Assembly (NCBI GenBank): GCA_963928635.1
Contig: CAWVFT010000020.1
Coordinates: 1 to 62,558 of the forward strand
Source: Bacillota bacterium
Lineage (GTDB): Bacteria > Bacillota > Clostridia > TANB77 > CAG-508
DNA: 62,558 nt
Direction of reading: 5' to 3'
The notes beneath the pieces are model-generated. The model searched no databases. It saw only the letters and a program-made list of their open reading frames with translations, and was not told where the DNA came from. A program made the position numbers and the translations under genes. Shown here one piece after another: positions 1-9,989 of the stretch (positions are counted from its first letter, which is position 1; the number at the start of each line of letters is the position of its first letter).

Positions 1-42
1 AAAAGTAATTGAACAATATATAAACTTAAAGATAAATATTTC

Positions 43-218
43 AAAAATCTGATGCCATATATATTAAAATTCCGTTCCTTACTGGTCGGACTTATCATAT
101 AAGGCAATTAGTCAATAATTTTATAATATTAGCAGTTGTGCAGGACTGGTCTATACTAATTGGCATCCTCCAATACTTAAGCGTCACTCTATTTTAATAT
201 ATATGACATCAGATTTTT
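43..218. repeat. 176-bp palindromic (MITE-like) element: 28-bp inverted repeats flanking a G+C-richer core
   Basis: 'aaaaatctgatgccatatatattaaaat' (43-70) matches the reverse complement of 191-218 at 27/28 positions. The inner arms ggcaattagt / actaattggc also pair. Confidence 0.7.
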
Positions 219-221
219 ATA

Positions 222-2234
222 ATGATTAATAAAAAAAGGATGATACAATTGGGAAAAAAATTATTAATAACAGAAAAGCCATCAGTAGCAATGGAGTTTG
301 CAAAAGCACTGAAAATAAAAGCAGATAGAAAGAATGGATATTTAGAAGCAGAAGAATGGATAATAACATGGTGTGTAGGACATTTAGTAACAATGAGTTA
401 TCCAGAAAAATATGATGAAAAATTAAAATTTTGGAGATTAGACACATTGCCATTTATACCAGAAGACTGGAAATATGAAATAATTCCAGCAACACAAAGG
501 CAATATAATGTAATAAATGAATTAATGCATAGAGATGATATCGAAGAAATATACAATGCAGGAGACTCTGGAAGAGAAGGAGAATACATACAAAGACTTG
601 TATTTATGATGACAAAACCAGATCCAAAAATAAAAATGAAAAGAGTATGGATAGATTCTCAAACAGAAGAAGAAATCTTAAGAGGAATAAGAGAAGCAAA
701 AGACTTATCAGAATATGATAGTTTATCAGATAGTGCATACTTAAGAGCAAAAGAAGATTATTTAATAGGAATCAATTTTTCAAGGCTATTATCAATAATA
801 TTTGGAAGGAAACTTGCAAAAGATATAAACGAAGAAAAAGCATCTATATCAGTAGGTAGAGTAATGACATGTGTGTTAGGAATGGTTGTATCAAGAGAAA
901 GAGAAATAAGAAACTTCCAAAAAACAAAATATTATAAAATAATAGGAAAATTTGGAACAGAAGATTCATACTTTAAAGCAGAATGGAAAGGTGCAGAAAA
1001 TTCTACAATGTGGGAATCAAATAAATTATATAATGAAACAGGATTTAGAAAACAAAAAGATGCTCAAGACTTTATATTATCATTAAAAGATAAAAAAGCG
1101 ATCATCAAAGAAATAAAAAAATCAAAACAAAAAGATAATGCACCATTATTATTTAACTTAGCAGAAATCCAAAACGAATGTACAAAAAGATTTAAAATAA
1201 AACCAGATGAAACACTTGAAATAATACAAAATTTGTATGAAAAGAAATTAGTAACATATCCAAGAACAGATGCAAGGGTTTTATCAACAGCAGTTGCAAA
1301 AGAAATAAAGAAAAACCTAAATGGTATTGCAAAGGGATATAAAAATGAAGAAGCTCAAAAATACATAAATAAAATGGTAGAAGAAAAATATTCAACAAAT
1401 CTTTTAAAAACAAAATATGTAAATGATAGTAAAATAACAGACCACTATGCAATTATACCAACAGGACAAGGATATGAAAACTTTGATAAATTACCAGATT
1501 TACAAAAACAAGTATATGATATAATTGTAAAAAGATTTTTAGCAATATTTTTCCCACCAGCAGAATATAACAAAATACAAGTTACTGTTCAAATACAAAT
1601 GAATGAAAATAAAAACGAATTGTTTTATGCAAGTGAAAAAATTTGTATAAATAAAGGATATTTAGAAATTTTGCAGAAAAAAGACAAAAAAACAAACAAA
1701 TTATCCACAGAAAGTTCAGAAACTGTGGATAACTCAGTGGAAAACGAAGAAGGAAATTCAGAAGAGAACATAAAAATATTAAAAACATTAAAAAAGAATC
1801 AAGAAATACAAATTAATAATTTTGAGACAAAAGAAGCAGAAACATCACCTCCAAGCAGATATAATTCAGGTTCTATAATACTTGCAATGGAAAATGCAGG
1901 TAAATTAATAGAAGATGAAGAATTAAGAGAACAAATAAAAGGAGCAGGAATTGGAACAAGTGCAACAAGGGCAGGGATTATTAAAAAATTAGAGCAAATT
2001 AAATATTTGCAAATAAATTCAAAAACACAAATAATAACACCAACACAAAAAGGAGAAATAATATATGATATAGTAAACAATTCTATGCCAGATATGTTAA
2101 ATCCTAAACTAACAGCTAGTTGGGAAAAGGGCTTAGATATGGTAGCGAAAAAAGAAATTGAACCAAATGAATTTATGGTAAAACTAGAAAATTATATAAA
2201 ATCTAAGTTTAATAAATTGGTAATAAAGAGATAA
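222..2234 (+). CDS. topB: DNA topoisomerase III (type IA)
   Basis: 670-aa ORF. Toprim N-terminus 'LLITEKPSVA', 'DSGREGE' acidic cluster, active-site Tyr motif 'TYPRTD'. The in-frame TTG at 249 has better SD spacing (AAAGGA) than the ATG at 222. Confidence 0.85.
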   Translation: MINKKRMIQLGKKLLITEKPSVAMEFAKALKIKADRKNGYLEAEEWIITWCVGHLVTMSYPEKYDEKLKFWRLDTLPFIPEDWKYEIIPATQRQYNVINELMHRDDIEEIYNAGDSGREGEYIQRLVFMMTKPDPKIKMKRVWIDSQTEEEILRGIREAKDLSEYDSLSDSAYLRAKEDYLIGINFSRLLSIIFGRKLAKDINEEKASISVGRVMTCVLGMVVSREREIRNFQKTKYYKIIGKFGTEDSYFKAEWKGAENSTMWESNKLYNETGFRKQKDAQDFILSLKDKKAIIKEIKKSKQKDNAPLLFNLAEIQNECTKRFKIKPDETLEIIQNLYEKKLVTYPRTDARVLSTAVAKEIKKNLNGIAKGYKNEEAQKYINKMVEEKYSTNLLKTKYVNDSKITDHYAIIPTGQGYENFDKLPDLQKQVYDIIVKRFLAIFFPPAEYNKIQVTVQIQMNENKNELFYASEKICINKGYLEILQKKDKKTNKLSTESSETVDNSVENEEGNSEENIKILKTLKKNQEIQINNFETKEAETSPPSRYNSGSIILAMENAGKLIEDEELREQIKGAGIGTSATRAGIIKKLEQIKYLQINSKTQIITPTQKGEIIYDIVNNSMPDMLNPKLTASWEKGLDMVAKKEIEPNEFMVKLENYIKSKFNKLVIKR

Positions 2235-2237
2235 AAT

Positions 2238-2260
2238 CTGGCTAGCATAAAGCTAGCCAG
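2238..2260 (-). terminator. GC-rich hairpin between topB and the 92-aa ORF
   Basis: ctggctagc-ataaa-gctagccag. T-rich tract only on the minus-strand side. Confidence 0.5.
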
Positions 2261-2264
2261 ACGT

Positions 2265-2543
2265 TCAAAAAAGGATAGGAGTAGGTTCCCTACGCCAGTC
2301 TTCAGAAAAAAGAAGATGATAATTATCTGTAATTACAACTTCTTTTTTCCCTGAATCGAGATTAAAACGTTTCAGGAATGCTTTAGCAGAATCAGAACGT
2401 GCCCAAAAAACAGCACAACCCAATTCTTTGTATTCCTTTCTTAGCAGTTGAATAAACTGTCTCCGGGCTTCTAAGTTATTAGAGCCTGGAAACAATTTCC
2501 TAAATGCTGCCCCACAAATTCTTTCCGATAACGTTGCTCTCAT
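2265..2543 (-). CDS. hypothetical protein (92 aa) on a G+C-rich islet
   Basis: Intact ORF with SD (AAGGAGGATACT-ATG). Visibly higher G+C than its surroundings. Followed by the GC-rich hairpin at 2238-2260. No family recognised. Confidence 0.45.
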   Translation of the reverse strand: MRATLSERICGAAFRKLFPGSNNLEARRQFIQLLRKEYKELGCAVFWARSDSAKAFLKRFNLDSGKKEVVITDNYHLLFSEDWRREPTPILF

Positions 2544-2629
2544 AGTATCCTCCTTAATGTAAAAAATTAATAGTTACAAATATATTGTACCAAATTTTTA
2601 GTGAAAAGTCAATTTATGTAAAATACACA

Positions 2630-3532
2630 TCAAACAATAGTACCTCCATTTACATGAATAACCTGACCTGTAACATATCTAGAATCATCACTTGCAAGAT
2701 ACAAATAAGCCGGAGCAAGTTCAAAAGGTTGGCCAGCTCTTTTTAAAGGAGTTTCTGTACCAAATATTTCTACTTCCTGTTCGTTAAAAGAAGAAGGAAT
2801 AAGTGGAGTCCAAATAGGTCCAGGGGCAACAGCATTAACCCTAATTTTTTGGTCTGCTAATGACAAGGAAAGAGATTTAGTAAATACCATAATAGCACCT
2901 TTAGTTGCAGAATAATCAATAAGATTTTTCTTTCCACCAAAAGCAGTAATAGAAGTAGTATTAATAATACTGCTATTGGCTTGCATATATGGTAAAACAG
3001 CTTTAGTTAAATAAAAGAAAGTATAGATATTAGTTTCGAAAGTGTCTCTTAACTGACTACTAGAAATATCTAAAATACTATTTTGTGGAAATTGAACACC
3101 ACAATTATTTACTAATATATTGATTTTACCAAAAGTATTCATAGTAGTTTGAACTATATATGTTGATAAATTCTCATCTCGTAAATCACCAGGAATTAAT
3201 AAACACTTTCTTCCAAGCTTTTCGATAATTTGTTTAGTATAATTAGCATCCTCATGTTCATTTAAATAACTTATAACAACATCAGCACCTTCTTTTGCAA
3301 ATAAAACACTAACAGCACGACCAATTCCACTATCTCCGCCAGAAATAATAGCAACTTTATTACATAATTTATTACTAGGTGTGTAATTAGGATTATCAAA
3401 GATAGGTAAAGGTTTCATTTTAAATTCCATTCCTGGTTGTATGTTTTGATGCTGAGCTGGGAAAGTAATAGGTGTTTTTAAATTTTCATCTTTATATCCA
3501 AAATATGGAATATTAGGATAATTATCAGACAT
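2630..3532 (-). CDS. SDR-family oxidoreductase (YhdF / general-stress-protein-39-like)
   Basis: 300 aa. Cofactor motif 'SGGDSGIGRA', catalytic 'YSATKGA' (YxxxK). Strong SD AGGAGG. Confidence 0.8.
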   Translation of the reverse strand: MSDNYPNIPYFGYKDENLKTPITFPAQHQNIQPGMEFKMKPLPIFDNPNYTPSNKLCNKVAIISGGDSGIGRAVSVLFAKEGADVVISYLNEHEDANYTKQIIEKLGRKCLLIPGDLRDENLSTYIVQTTMNTFGKINILVNNCGVQFPQNSILDISSSQLRDTFETNIYTFFYLTKAVLPYMQANSSIINTTSITAFGGKKNLIDYSATKGAIMVFTKSLSLSLADQKIRVNAVAPGPIWTPLIPSSFNEQEVEIFGTETPLKRAGQPFELAPAYLYLASDDSRYVTGQVIHVNGGTIV

Positions 3533-3686
3533 AAAAAAAGACCTCCTAAAAAATATTTATATATTATATGCAATAAAAAATAAAATAGAACTCCAAAGCT
3601 ATCTTTTTTTAAAAATATGTGATATACTATTAAAATAGAACATTATTACTTAAAACATAAAAACAAATTCATCTGAGCGAAAAGGA

Positions 3687-6600
3687 ATGAAAAAATTGAA
3701 CACAATAATAGGAGATTTAGGAAAATCTAAAAAATTTGTAGACTTAATAAAGCAAATAGAAAGTAAAACAAGTCCGATATTAATATCGGGCTTAACTGGC
3801 GTGGGAATGGTACAAATAATATCAGGTATAAATACATATGCCAAGAAGCCAATAGCAATAATAACATATAATGAAATTCAGGCAAAACAAATAATAGAAA
3901 ACTTGCAAAACTTCACAGATAAAGCAATATTCTTCCCCAAAAAAGAAATCGTAACATATGACTACATAGCAGAAAGTAAAGACTTGCCATATGAAAGAAT
4001 AGAAACATTAAATCAAATAGTACAAAAAAGAACGCCAATAGTAGTAACAACAATAGAAGCATTAATGCAAAAAATACCATCCAAAGAAACACTATATAAA
4101 AATAGATTAGAACTAAAAACAGGAAAAACATATTCATTAGAAGAAATAAAACAAAAGCTAGTAAACTTAGGATATATAAGATGTGATTTAATAGAAGGAA
4201 AAGGAGAATTTAGTGTAAGAGGAGACATACTAGATATATCTTTAGATGACAAAATTGGTATAAGGATAGAATTTTGGGGAGATGAAGTAGACTCAATAAG
4301 AAAGTTTGCAATAGCAAGCCAAAGGTCAATAAATACATTAGAAAAAGTAGAAATAAATCCAGCACATGAATATATCTTAGAAAGACCAATCGAAGAAATT
4401 ATAGGTAAAATAAGAAATAAAGTAGTAAAAGAAAAGCAAGAAGAAATCTTAGAAGAAGATATCGAACAAATAAAAGCAGGAAACTATATAAGTAAAATAG
4501 ATAAATATTTTGACTGTTTTTATAAAAATCAAGCGACACTATTAGAATACTTTTCTGATAATTATATAATTGCAATTGATGAAGAAAGCAAAATAGAACA
4601 AAGAGCGAAAAATATTCTACAAGATAACATTAATTTAAGTAAAAGTTTAATAGAAAAAGAAAAAATAGTACCAGAAGCAATAGAGAACATACAAAAATAC
4701 GATATATTGAAAGAAAAAATAGAAAAGAAAAAAAGCTTAATATATTTAGAAAAACAAGATATATTATTAAAAAAACAAGCAGAAAAATATGATTTTAAAT
4801 ATAGAGAAGTAAATTATTATAAAAGTGAAATAGAAAATTTATTTAAAGACTTAAAAACAGCAATAAAAGAAAATAAGGATATATATATTCTAGTATCATC
4901 AAAAGATAAAGCAAAAAAACTACAAGAAATACTAGAAAAAGAAGAAATTGCAACTAAAATAGAAGAAAATTTAGATAAAACAATAATAGTAAAATCAAAA
5001 GAAAAAATCGTAACAATAGGAATAGGTAAATTAACAGAAGGATTTGAAAACTATGAAATAAACCAATTAGTAATATCGGCAGAAGACCTAATAGAAGGAA
5101 AAAGAAGAAAAAGGATATCAATACATAAAGAATATAGTGAAGGAGAAAAAGTAGTATTTGCAGACCTAAAAATAGGAGACTATGTTGTTCACAAAAACTA
5201 TGGTATAGGAATATATATTGGTGTAAATACAATAACAGCAGATAAAGTAACAAAAGACTATATAAAAATTAAATATGCAAATGATGATGTATTATATGTC
5301 CCAACAAACCAATTAGACAGTATAAGAAAATACATAGGAGGAGATTCAATACAGCCTAAAATAAACAAACTAGGTAGTAGAGAATGGACAGAAACAAAAG
5401 CAAGAGTAAAGAAAAATTTAAGAGAAGTAGCAAGAGAACTAATAGAATTATATGCAAAAAGAGAAAAATCAAAAGGATTTGCATTTAGTAAAGATACTCC
5501 ATGGCAACAAGAATTTGAAGCAAAATTTCCATATCAAGAAACAGATGACCAATTAAGATGCATAGAAGAAGTAAAAAAAGATATGGAATTACCAAAACCT
5601 ATGGATAGACTATTATGTGGTGATGTTGGCTATGGAAAAACAGAAGTAGCAATAAGAGCAGCATTTAAAGCAGTAATGGACCAAAAACAAGTTGCATATT
5701 TAGCACCAACAACAGTTTTAGCAGATCAGCAATATAAAGAATTTAAAGAAAGAATGAAAGATTACCCAATAAAAGTAGAATTACTAAATAGATTTAGAAC
5801 AGAAAAACAGCAAAAAGAAGTAATCAAAAAATTAAAACTAGGAGAAGTAGATATTGTAATTGGAACACATAGACTACTAAGTAAAGATGTAGAATTCGAA
5901 GATATAGGACTATTAATAATAGATGAGGAACATAGATTTGGGGTAAAGGCAAAAGAGAAAATAAAAGAATACAAAACAAGCATAGATGTATTAACAATGA
6001 CAGCAACACCAATACCTAGAACACTACATATGTCAATAGTAGGAATAAGAGATATGTCAGTAATATATGAACCACCACAAAATAGAAAACCAGTACAGAC
6101 ATATGTATTAGAATATGATGAAGAAGTAATAAAAGAAGCAATAACAAAAGAACTAGAAAGAAACGGACAGGTATTTTATATCTTCAATAACGTTGAAAAT
6201 ATACAAAAAAAGGCAGATATAATTTCAAATTTAGTACCAGAAGCAGAAGTAGCATATGCACATGGAAGAATGAGTGGTAAAGAAATTGAACAAATCATGA
6301 AAGACTTCATCGACCAAAAAACAAATGTATTAGTTTGTACAACAATATTGGAATCAGGAATAGATATACCAAATGCAAACACAATAATAGTAGAAAATGC
6401 AGATAGGATGGGGTTAGCACAACTGTACCAGATAAGAGGAAGAGTAGGAAGAAGTGATAAACAAGCATATGCATATATAACATATAAAAGAGACAAAATG
6501 ATAAGTGAAGTAGCAAATAAAAGACTAAAAGCAATAAAAGAATTTACAGAATTCGGATCAGGATTCAAAATAGCAATGAGAGACTTAGAAATAAGAGGAG

Positions 6601-7151
6601 CAGGAAGTTTGCTCGGAGAAATACAGTCAGGACACCTAGAACAAGTTGGATATGATACATATTGTAATTTACTAGATGAAGTTGTAAAAGAAATGAAAGG
6701 AATAGAAATCCAAGAAGATATAGAGCTACAAATCGACTTAAATGTATCAAGCTATATCCCAGAAGAATACATATCAGATGGTAGCCAAAAAATCGAAATA
6801 TATCAAGATATTGCATTATGTAAAAACGAAAAAGATGTACAAGATGTAACAGACGAAATAATAGATAGATTTGGAAATCCACCAGTAGAAATTGAAAATT
6901 TATTAGATATTGCAAGAATAAAATATCTAGCAAAAGCATTAAACATCATAAAAATACAAAGCAAAAAAACTGCTGTAACATTCACATTTGAAAATAGTAA
7001 AATAGACATAGATTTAAACAAATTAATAGAAAAATACGGAACAAAAATAAAATTTTCAGCAGGAATAAAACCAATGATTACCTTAGAAATAGGCTCAACA
7101 AATGAAAGACAGATATTAAACGACACAACAGAATTCTTAATCGGGATTTAG
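3687..7151 (+). CDS. mfd: transcription-repair coupling factor
   Basis: 1154 aa. CarD/TRCF domain 'GDYVVHKNYGIGIY', helicase motifs 'GDVGYGKTEVA' and 'DEEHRFGV', C-terminal TRCF region. The last codons GGG ATT TAG lie inside a repeat element. Confidence 0.95.
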   Translation: MKKLNTIIGDLGKSKKFVDLIKQIESKTSPILISGLTGVGMVQIISGINTYAKKPIAIITYNEIQAKQIIENLQNFTDKAIFFPKKEIVTYDYIAESKDLPYERIETLNQIVQKRTPIVVTTIEALMQKIPSKETLYKNRLELKTGKTYSLEEIKQKLVNLGYIRCDLIEGKGEFSVRGDILDISLDDKIGIRIEFWGDEVDSIRKFAIASQRSINTLEKVEINPAHEYILERPIEEIIGKIRNKVVKEKQEEILEEDIEQIKAGNYISKIDKYFDCFYKNQATLLEYFSDNYIIAIDEESKIEQRAKNILQDNINLSKSLIEKEKIVPEAIENIQKYDILKEKIEKKKSLIYLEKQDILLKKQAEKYDFKYREVNYYKSEIENLFKDLKTAIKENKDIYILVSSKDKAKKLQEILEKEEIATKIEENLDKTIIVKSKEKIVTIGIGKLTEGFENYEINQLVISAEDLIEGKRRKRISIHKEYSEGEKVVFADLKIGDYVVHKNYGIGIYIGVNTITADKVTKDYIKIKYANDDVLYVPTNQLDSIRKYIGGDSIQPKINKLGSREWTETKARVKKNLREVARELIELYAKREKSKGFAFSKDTPWQQEFEAKFPYQETDDQLRCIEEVKKDMELPKPMDRLLCGDVGYGKTEVAIRAAFKAVMDQKQVAYLAPTTVLADQQYKEFKERMKDYPIKVELLNRFRTEKQQKEVIKKLKLGEVDIVIGTHRLLSKDVEFEDIGLLIIDEEHRFGVKAKEKIKEYKTSIDVLTMTATPIPRTLHMSIVGIRDMSVIYEPPQNRKPVQTYVLEYDEEVIKEAITKELERNGQVFYIFNNVENIQKKADIISNLVPEAEVAYAHGRMSGKEIEQIMKDFIDQKTNVLVCTTILESGIDIPNANTIIVENADRMGLAQLYQIRGRVGRSDKQAYAYITYKRDKMISEVANKRLKAIKEFTEFGSGFKIAMRDLEIRGAGSLLGEIQSGHLEQVGYDTYCNLLDEVVKEMKGIEIQEDIELQIDLNVSSYIPEEYISDGSQKIEIYQDIALCKNEKDVQDVTDEIIDRFGNPPVEIENLLDIARIKYLAKALNIIKIQSKKTAVTFTFENSKIDIDLNKLIEKYGTKIKFSAGIKPMITLEIGSTNERQILNDTTEFLIGI

Positions 7152-7204
7152 GGACGTATCTTAAAATCCCTATTTTTCGGGATTTAGGGGACAGACCTCA
7201 AAAA
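7142..7204 (+). repeat. family-1 REP-like element (GGGATTTAGGGACG ... GGGATTTAGGGGACAG)
   Basis: Near-identical to 15757-15818 and similar to both halves of 9828-9972. Contains the mfd stop codon. Confidence 0.8.
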
Positions 7205-7262
7205 GTATTTAATATAAATTTATGTTGTATACGGAAATTTCTTACAAAATTTCCTATTCAAT

Positions 7263-7314
7263 AAAAAAAGCGACATGCAAATATTATAATAATACTTATA
7301 ATACTTGTATGTCG
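7263..7314 (-). terminator. rho-independent terminator of the XRE gene
   Basis: On the minus strand, an ~18-bp imperfect stem (gacatacaagtattataa / ttataatatttgcatgtc) is followed by GCTTTTTTT. Confidence 0.6.
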
Positions 7315-7322
7315 TTTTGATT

Positions 7323-7601
7323 TTAACCCGTATTTTGATATCTAGAACGAAAATTAGAGTCATCAAAAAGTTTGTCAACAGAAATTTCTAAAACTTGGCT
7401 AATTTTCCATAAAGTAAAAACACTAATTCCTTGAGAAATTTTTTCGCTTTCTAAATTCCCTATTAAAGCAGTTGAAACATTCACAAGTTCAGCCAAGTTT
7501 TCTTGCGTCATTTTGCCTTTATTTAAATTATATAAATTTCTATAATATTTAACATTATACCCAATAATTTTGAATAAATAATTAGAATCTAAATTTTCCA
7601 T
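7323..7601 (-). CDS. XRE-family helix-turn-helix transcriptional regulator
   Basis: 92 aa. HTH_3-like 'MTQENLAELVNVSTALIGNLESEK'. SD AAGGAGAA. Divergent from the pilin-like gene. Confidence 0.8.
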   Translation of the reverse strand: MENLDSNYLFKIIGYNVKYYRNLYNLNKGKMTQENLAELVNVSTALIGNLESEKISQGISVFTLWKISQVLEISVDKLFDDSNFRSRYQNTG

Positions 7602-7685
7602 AAGTTCTCCTTAATAAATCATAAATACTATAATATAAACTATTTTCTAATTTTAAAAACAAAAATACAATACATTCAAAATGAT

Positions 7686-7723
7686 ATTTTATCATTGACG
7701 ATGATAAAATGATTTTATATAAT
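7686..7723 (+). promoter_or_regulatory. sigma-A-type promoter of the pilin-like gene with an overlapping palindromic operator
   Basis: TTGACG (7695-7700), 17 nt, TATAAT (7718-7723). The 10-bp inverted repeat attttatcat/atgataaaat (7686-7710) straddles the -35. The divergent XRE gene is the obvious candidate binder. Confidence 0.55.
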
Positions 7724-7790
7724 TTATGTATGAAAATGTATATTAAGGTAAACAAATGTAAAAAATAGTAAAATGAGAGGAGCAAAAGAG

Positions 7791-8861
7791 ATGTTTAAAA
7801 CTAAAAAAGAGGCTGGAATAACATTAATAGCATTAGTAATCACAATTATAATTTTATTAATATTGGCAGGAGTGACAATTGCGGTACTATCAGGAGATAA
7901 TGGGATATTAACAAAAGCAACAGATTCAAAAGAGCAAACAGAAATTGGAGGAGAAAAAGAAGCTATAGGAATTGCATATAATGGATTAATAGCGTAAAAT
8001 CAAGGAGAAGGAGAAATTACTGCAGAAAAACTAAAAGAAGAGTTGACCAGAAATGGGAGAACAGATATAAAAGATGTAACAGGAGAAAATCCAATAACAG
8101 TAGAATTTAATTCAGGAAGGAAGTATGATATAAATAATAATGGTATTATCACAGAAAATAATAAGGTAATAGGAGACGAGAGTTGGTATACATGGGAAGA
8201 GATAGAAAATGGAATTAGAATAACAGGTTTTAATGATAAAATAACAGAACTAAGAACACAAAAAAGCCAAGAATTTGCCGAAATTGCAAATAATACAGAC
8301 GGAATATCTGATGAAGAATTATATGAATTGATATTTGATTTTATAGAGTCTATAAGAGAGGAAATAGAAACAAAAGATCATGGAATAGGAAATATTCCAT
8401 CACAAATAAATGGAAAAAATGTGACAGAGATAGGAGAATATGCATTTATGCTAATGCCAGTCAAAGAATTGACGCTTCCAAACACAGTAACCAATATACA
8501 ACCTTGGGCATTTATGACGGGAGGAGCAAAAGAAGTTATAATACCAAGTTCTGTAAAGACCATAGGAACAGGTGCTTTTCAGCTTGCTATAGTGGAAAAA
8601 TTAACATTTTCTACAACAGAAAGTATTGAAATCGGTGTGAGAGCTTTTGATAATTGTTTGAATTTAGAAAAAGTTACTTTTAAAACTAGTAATGTTACAT
8701 TAGGAGAAAAAATCGATGATGGTAATATCGGAATTTTTGACAAGTGTCCTAAATTAGTAGACAACACTATTCAAATACCACAAGGAAGCCGACAAAACTT
8801 TAAAAATTATACACTAACACAATGGGGACTATCATCTTATAATGCATTTTATGAAGAATAA
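7791..8861 (+). pseudogene. pilin-like N-terminus fused to a BspA-type leucine-rich-repeat surface protein, interrupted by one in-frame TAA (7995-7997)
   Basis: ORFs 7773..7997 and 8043..8861 share a reading frame and are separated only by the TAA. N-terminus 'KKEAGITLIALVITIIILLILAGV' is a prepilin-like hydrophobic segment. C-terminus has LRR_5-like repeats ('VTEIGEYAF', 'VKTIGTGAF', 'IEIGVRAF'). SD GAGGAG sits 8 nt before the ATG at 7791. Confidence 0.7.
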
Positions 8862-8988
8862 AACCAAAAGGAGAGTGAAGTGAGCTTAAATTATTAGACA
8901 AAAAAGTTTAATAAGGAGGGTTCATTTATTTACGATTTTTTATGTAATAGATAACAAACTTGCTAAAAATCGAAAAAAGTTATAAAAT

Positions 8989-9028
8989 ACAATAGTACAG
9001 AACATAATAAAATGTACTATTGTTTTTT
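8989..9028 (+). terminator. rho-independent terminator after the LRR gene
   Basis: acaatagtaca ... tgtactattgt followed by TTTTTT. Confidence 0.7.
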
Positions 9029-9045
9029 ATTAAAGGAGAAAAACT

Positions 9046-9837
9046 ATGAATATAATTTCAAGCAAAGAAAATGAATATATAAAACACATACGAAAATTAA
9101 AAGAAAAAAAATATAGAGATCAAAATAACGAATATATAATAGAAGGCTTAAAAATGGTAGAAGAAGCAATACAAGAAAAAGCCCAAATAAAGAATATAAT
9201 AATATGTGATGACTGCGAAAAAACAGGAAGTATACCAAAAGACCTAATGTATGAAATAGCAAAATACAATTGTATATACGTAACAAAGAAAATATTTGAG
9301 ATATTAACAGAAGTAGTAAATCCACAAGGGATAATAGCAGTAGTAGGAAAAGAAAACAAAGAATCAAATATAGATAAAGACCAAGAAATAATATTAGCAT
9401 TAGATGACATACAAGACCCAGGAAACCTAGGAACAATATTAAGAACAGCAGACAGTGTAGGATTAAAACAAATTTTAGTATCCAAAGGAACAGCAGACGC
9501 ATATAATCCAAAAGTCGTTCGTTCAACTATGGGGGCAATATTCAGAATAAAAATAATAGAATGTGAAAATTTAGAAATCAAACTAAAAGAATTACAAAAA
9601 GATAGTTACAAAATATTAGTAACATCATTACAAACAAAACAAAGTATATATGATGTAAAATACAATAAAACAGTTATAGTAATAGGAAACGAAGCAAATG
9701 GAGTATCAGAAAACATACAAAAAATAGCAGACAAAAAAGTAAAAATACCAATGATAGGAAAAACAGAAAGCCTAAATGCATCAGTAGCAACAGGAATAAT
9801 ACTGTATGAATATGTAAGGCAGAAAATCGGGATTTAG
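9046..9837 (+). CDS. TrmH/SpoU-family RNA 2'-O-methyltransferase
   Basis: 263 aa. SpoU motifs 'LDDIQDPGNLGTILRTA', 'VIGNEANG', 'ESLNASVA'. Ends GGG ATT TAG inside a repeat element. Confidence 0.85.
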   Translation: MNIISSKENEYIKHIRKLKEKKYRDQNNEYIIEGLKMVEEAIQEKAQIKNIIICDDCEKTGSIPKDLMYEIAKYNCIYVTKKIFEILTEVVNPQGIIAVVGKENKESNIDKDQEIILALDDIQDPGNLGTILRTADSVGLKQILVSKGTADAYNPKVVRSTMGAIFRIKIIECENLEIKLKELQKDSYKILVTSLQTKQSIYDVKYNKTVIVIGNEANGVSENIQKIADKKVKIPMIGKTESLNASVATGIILYEYVRQKIGI

Positions 9838-9972
9838 GGACGTATCTAAAAGTCCCGAAAAATAGGGAAAATAGGGACAAATCTTAAAAATAATCTAAGA
9901 AAAATAAAAAAATTAAGATCTGTCCCCAAAATCCCTAAATCGCGGGATTTTGAGAACCGTCCCTAAATCCCG
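9828..9972. repeat. two family-1 elements head-to-head (BIME-like 145-bp palindrome)
   Basis: 'cgggatttagggacg' at 9828-9842 and its exact reverse complement at 9958-9972. Inner 'gggacaaatcttaa' / 'ttaagatctgtcccc'. Confidence 0.8.
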
Positions 9973-9989
9973 ATGGAATAGGAGAGCAG

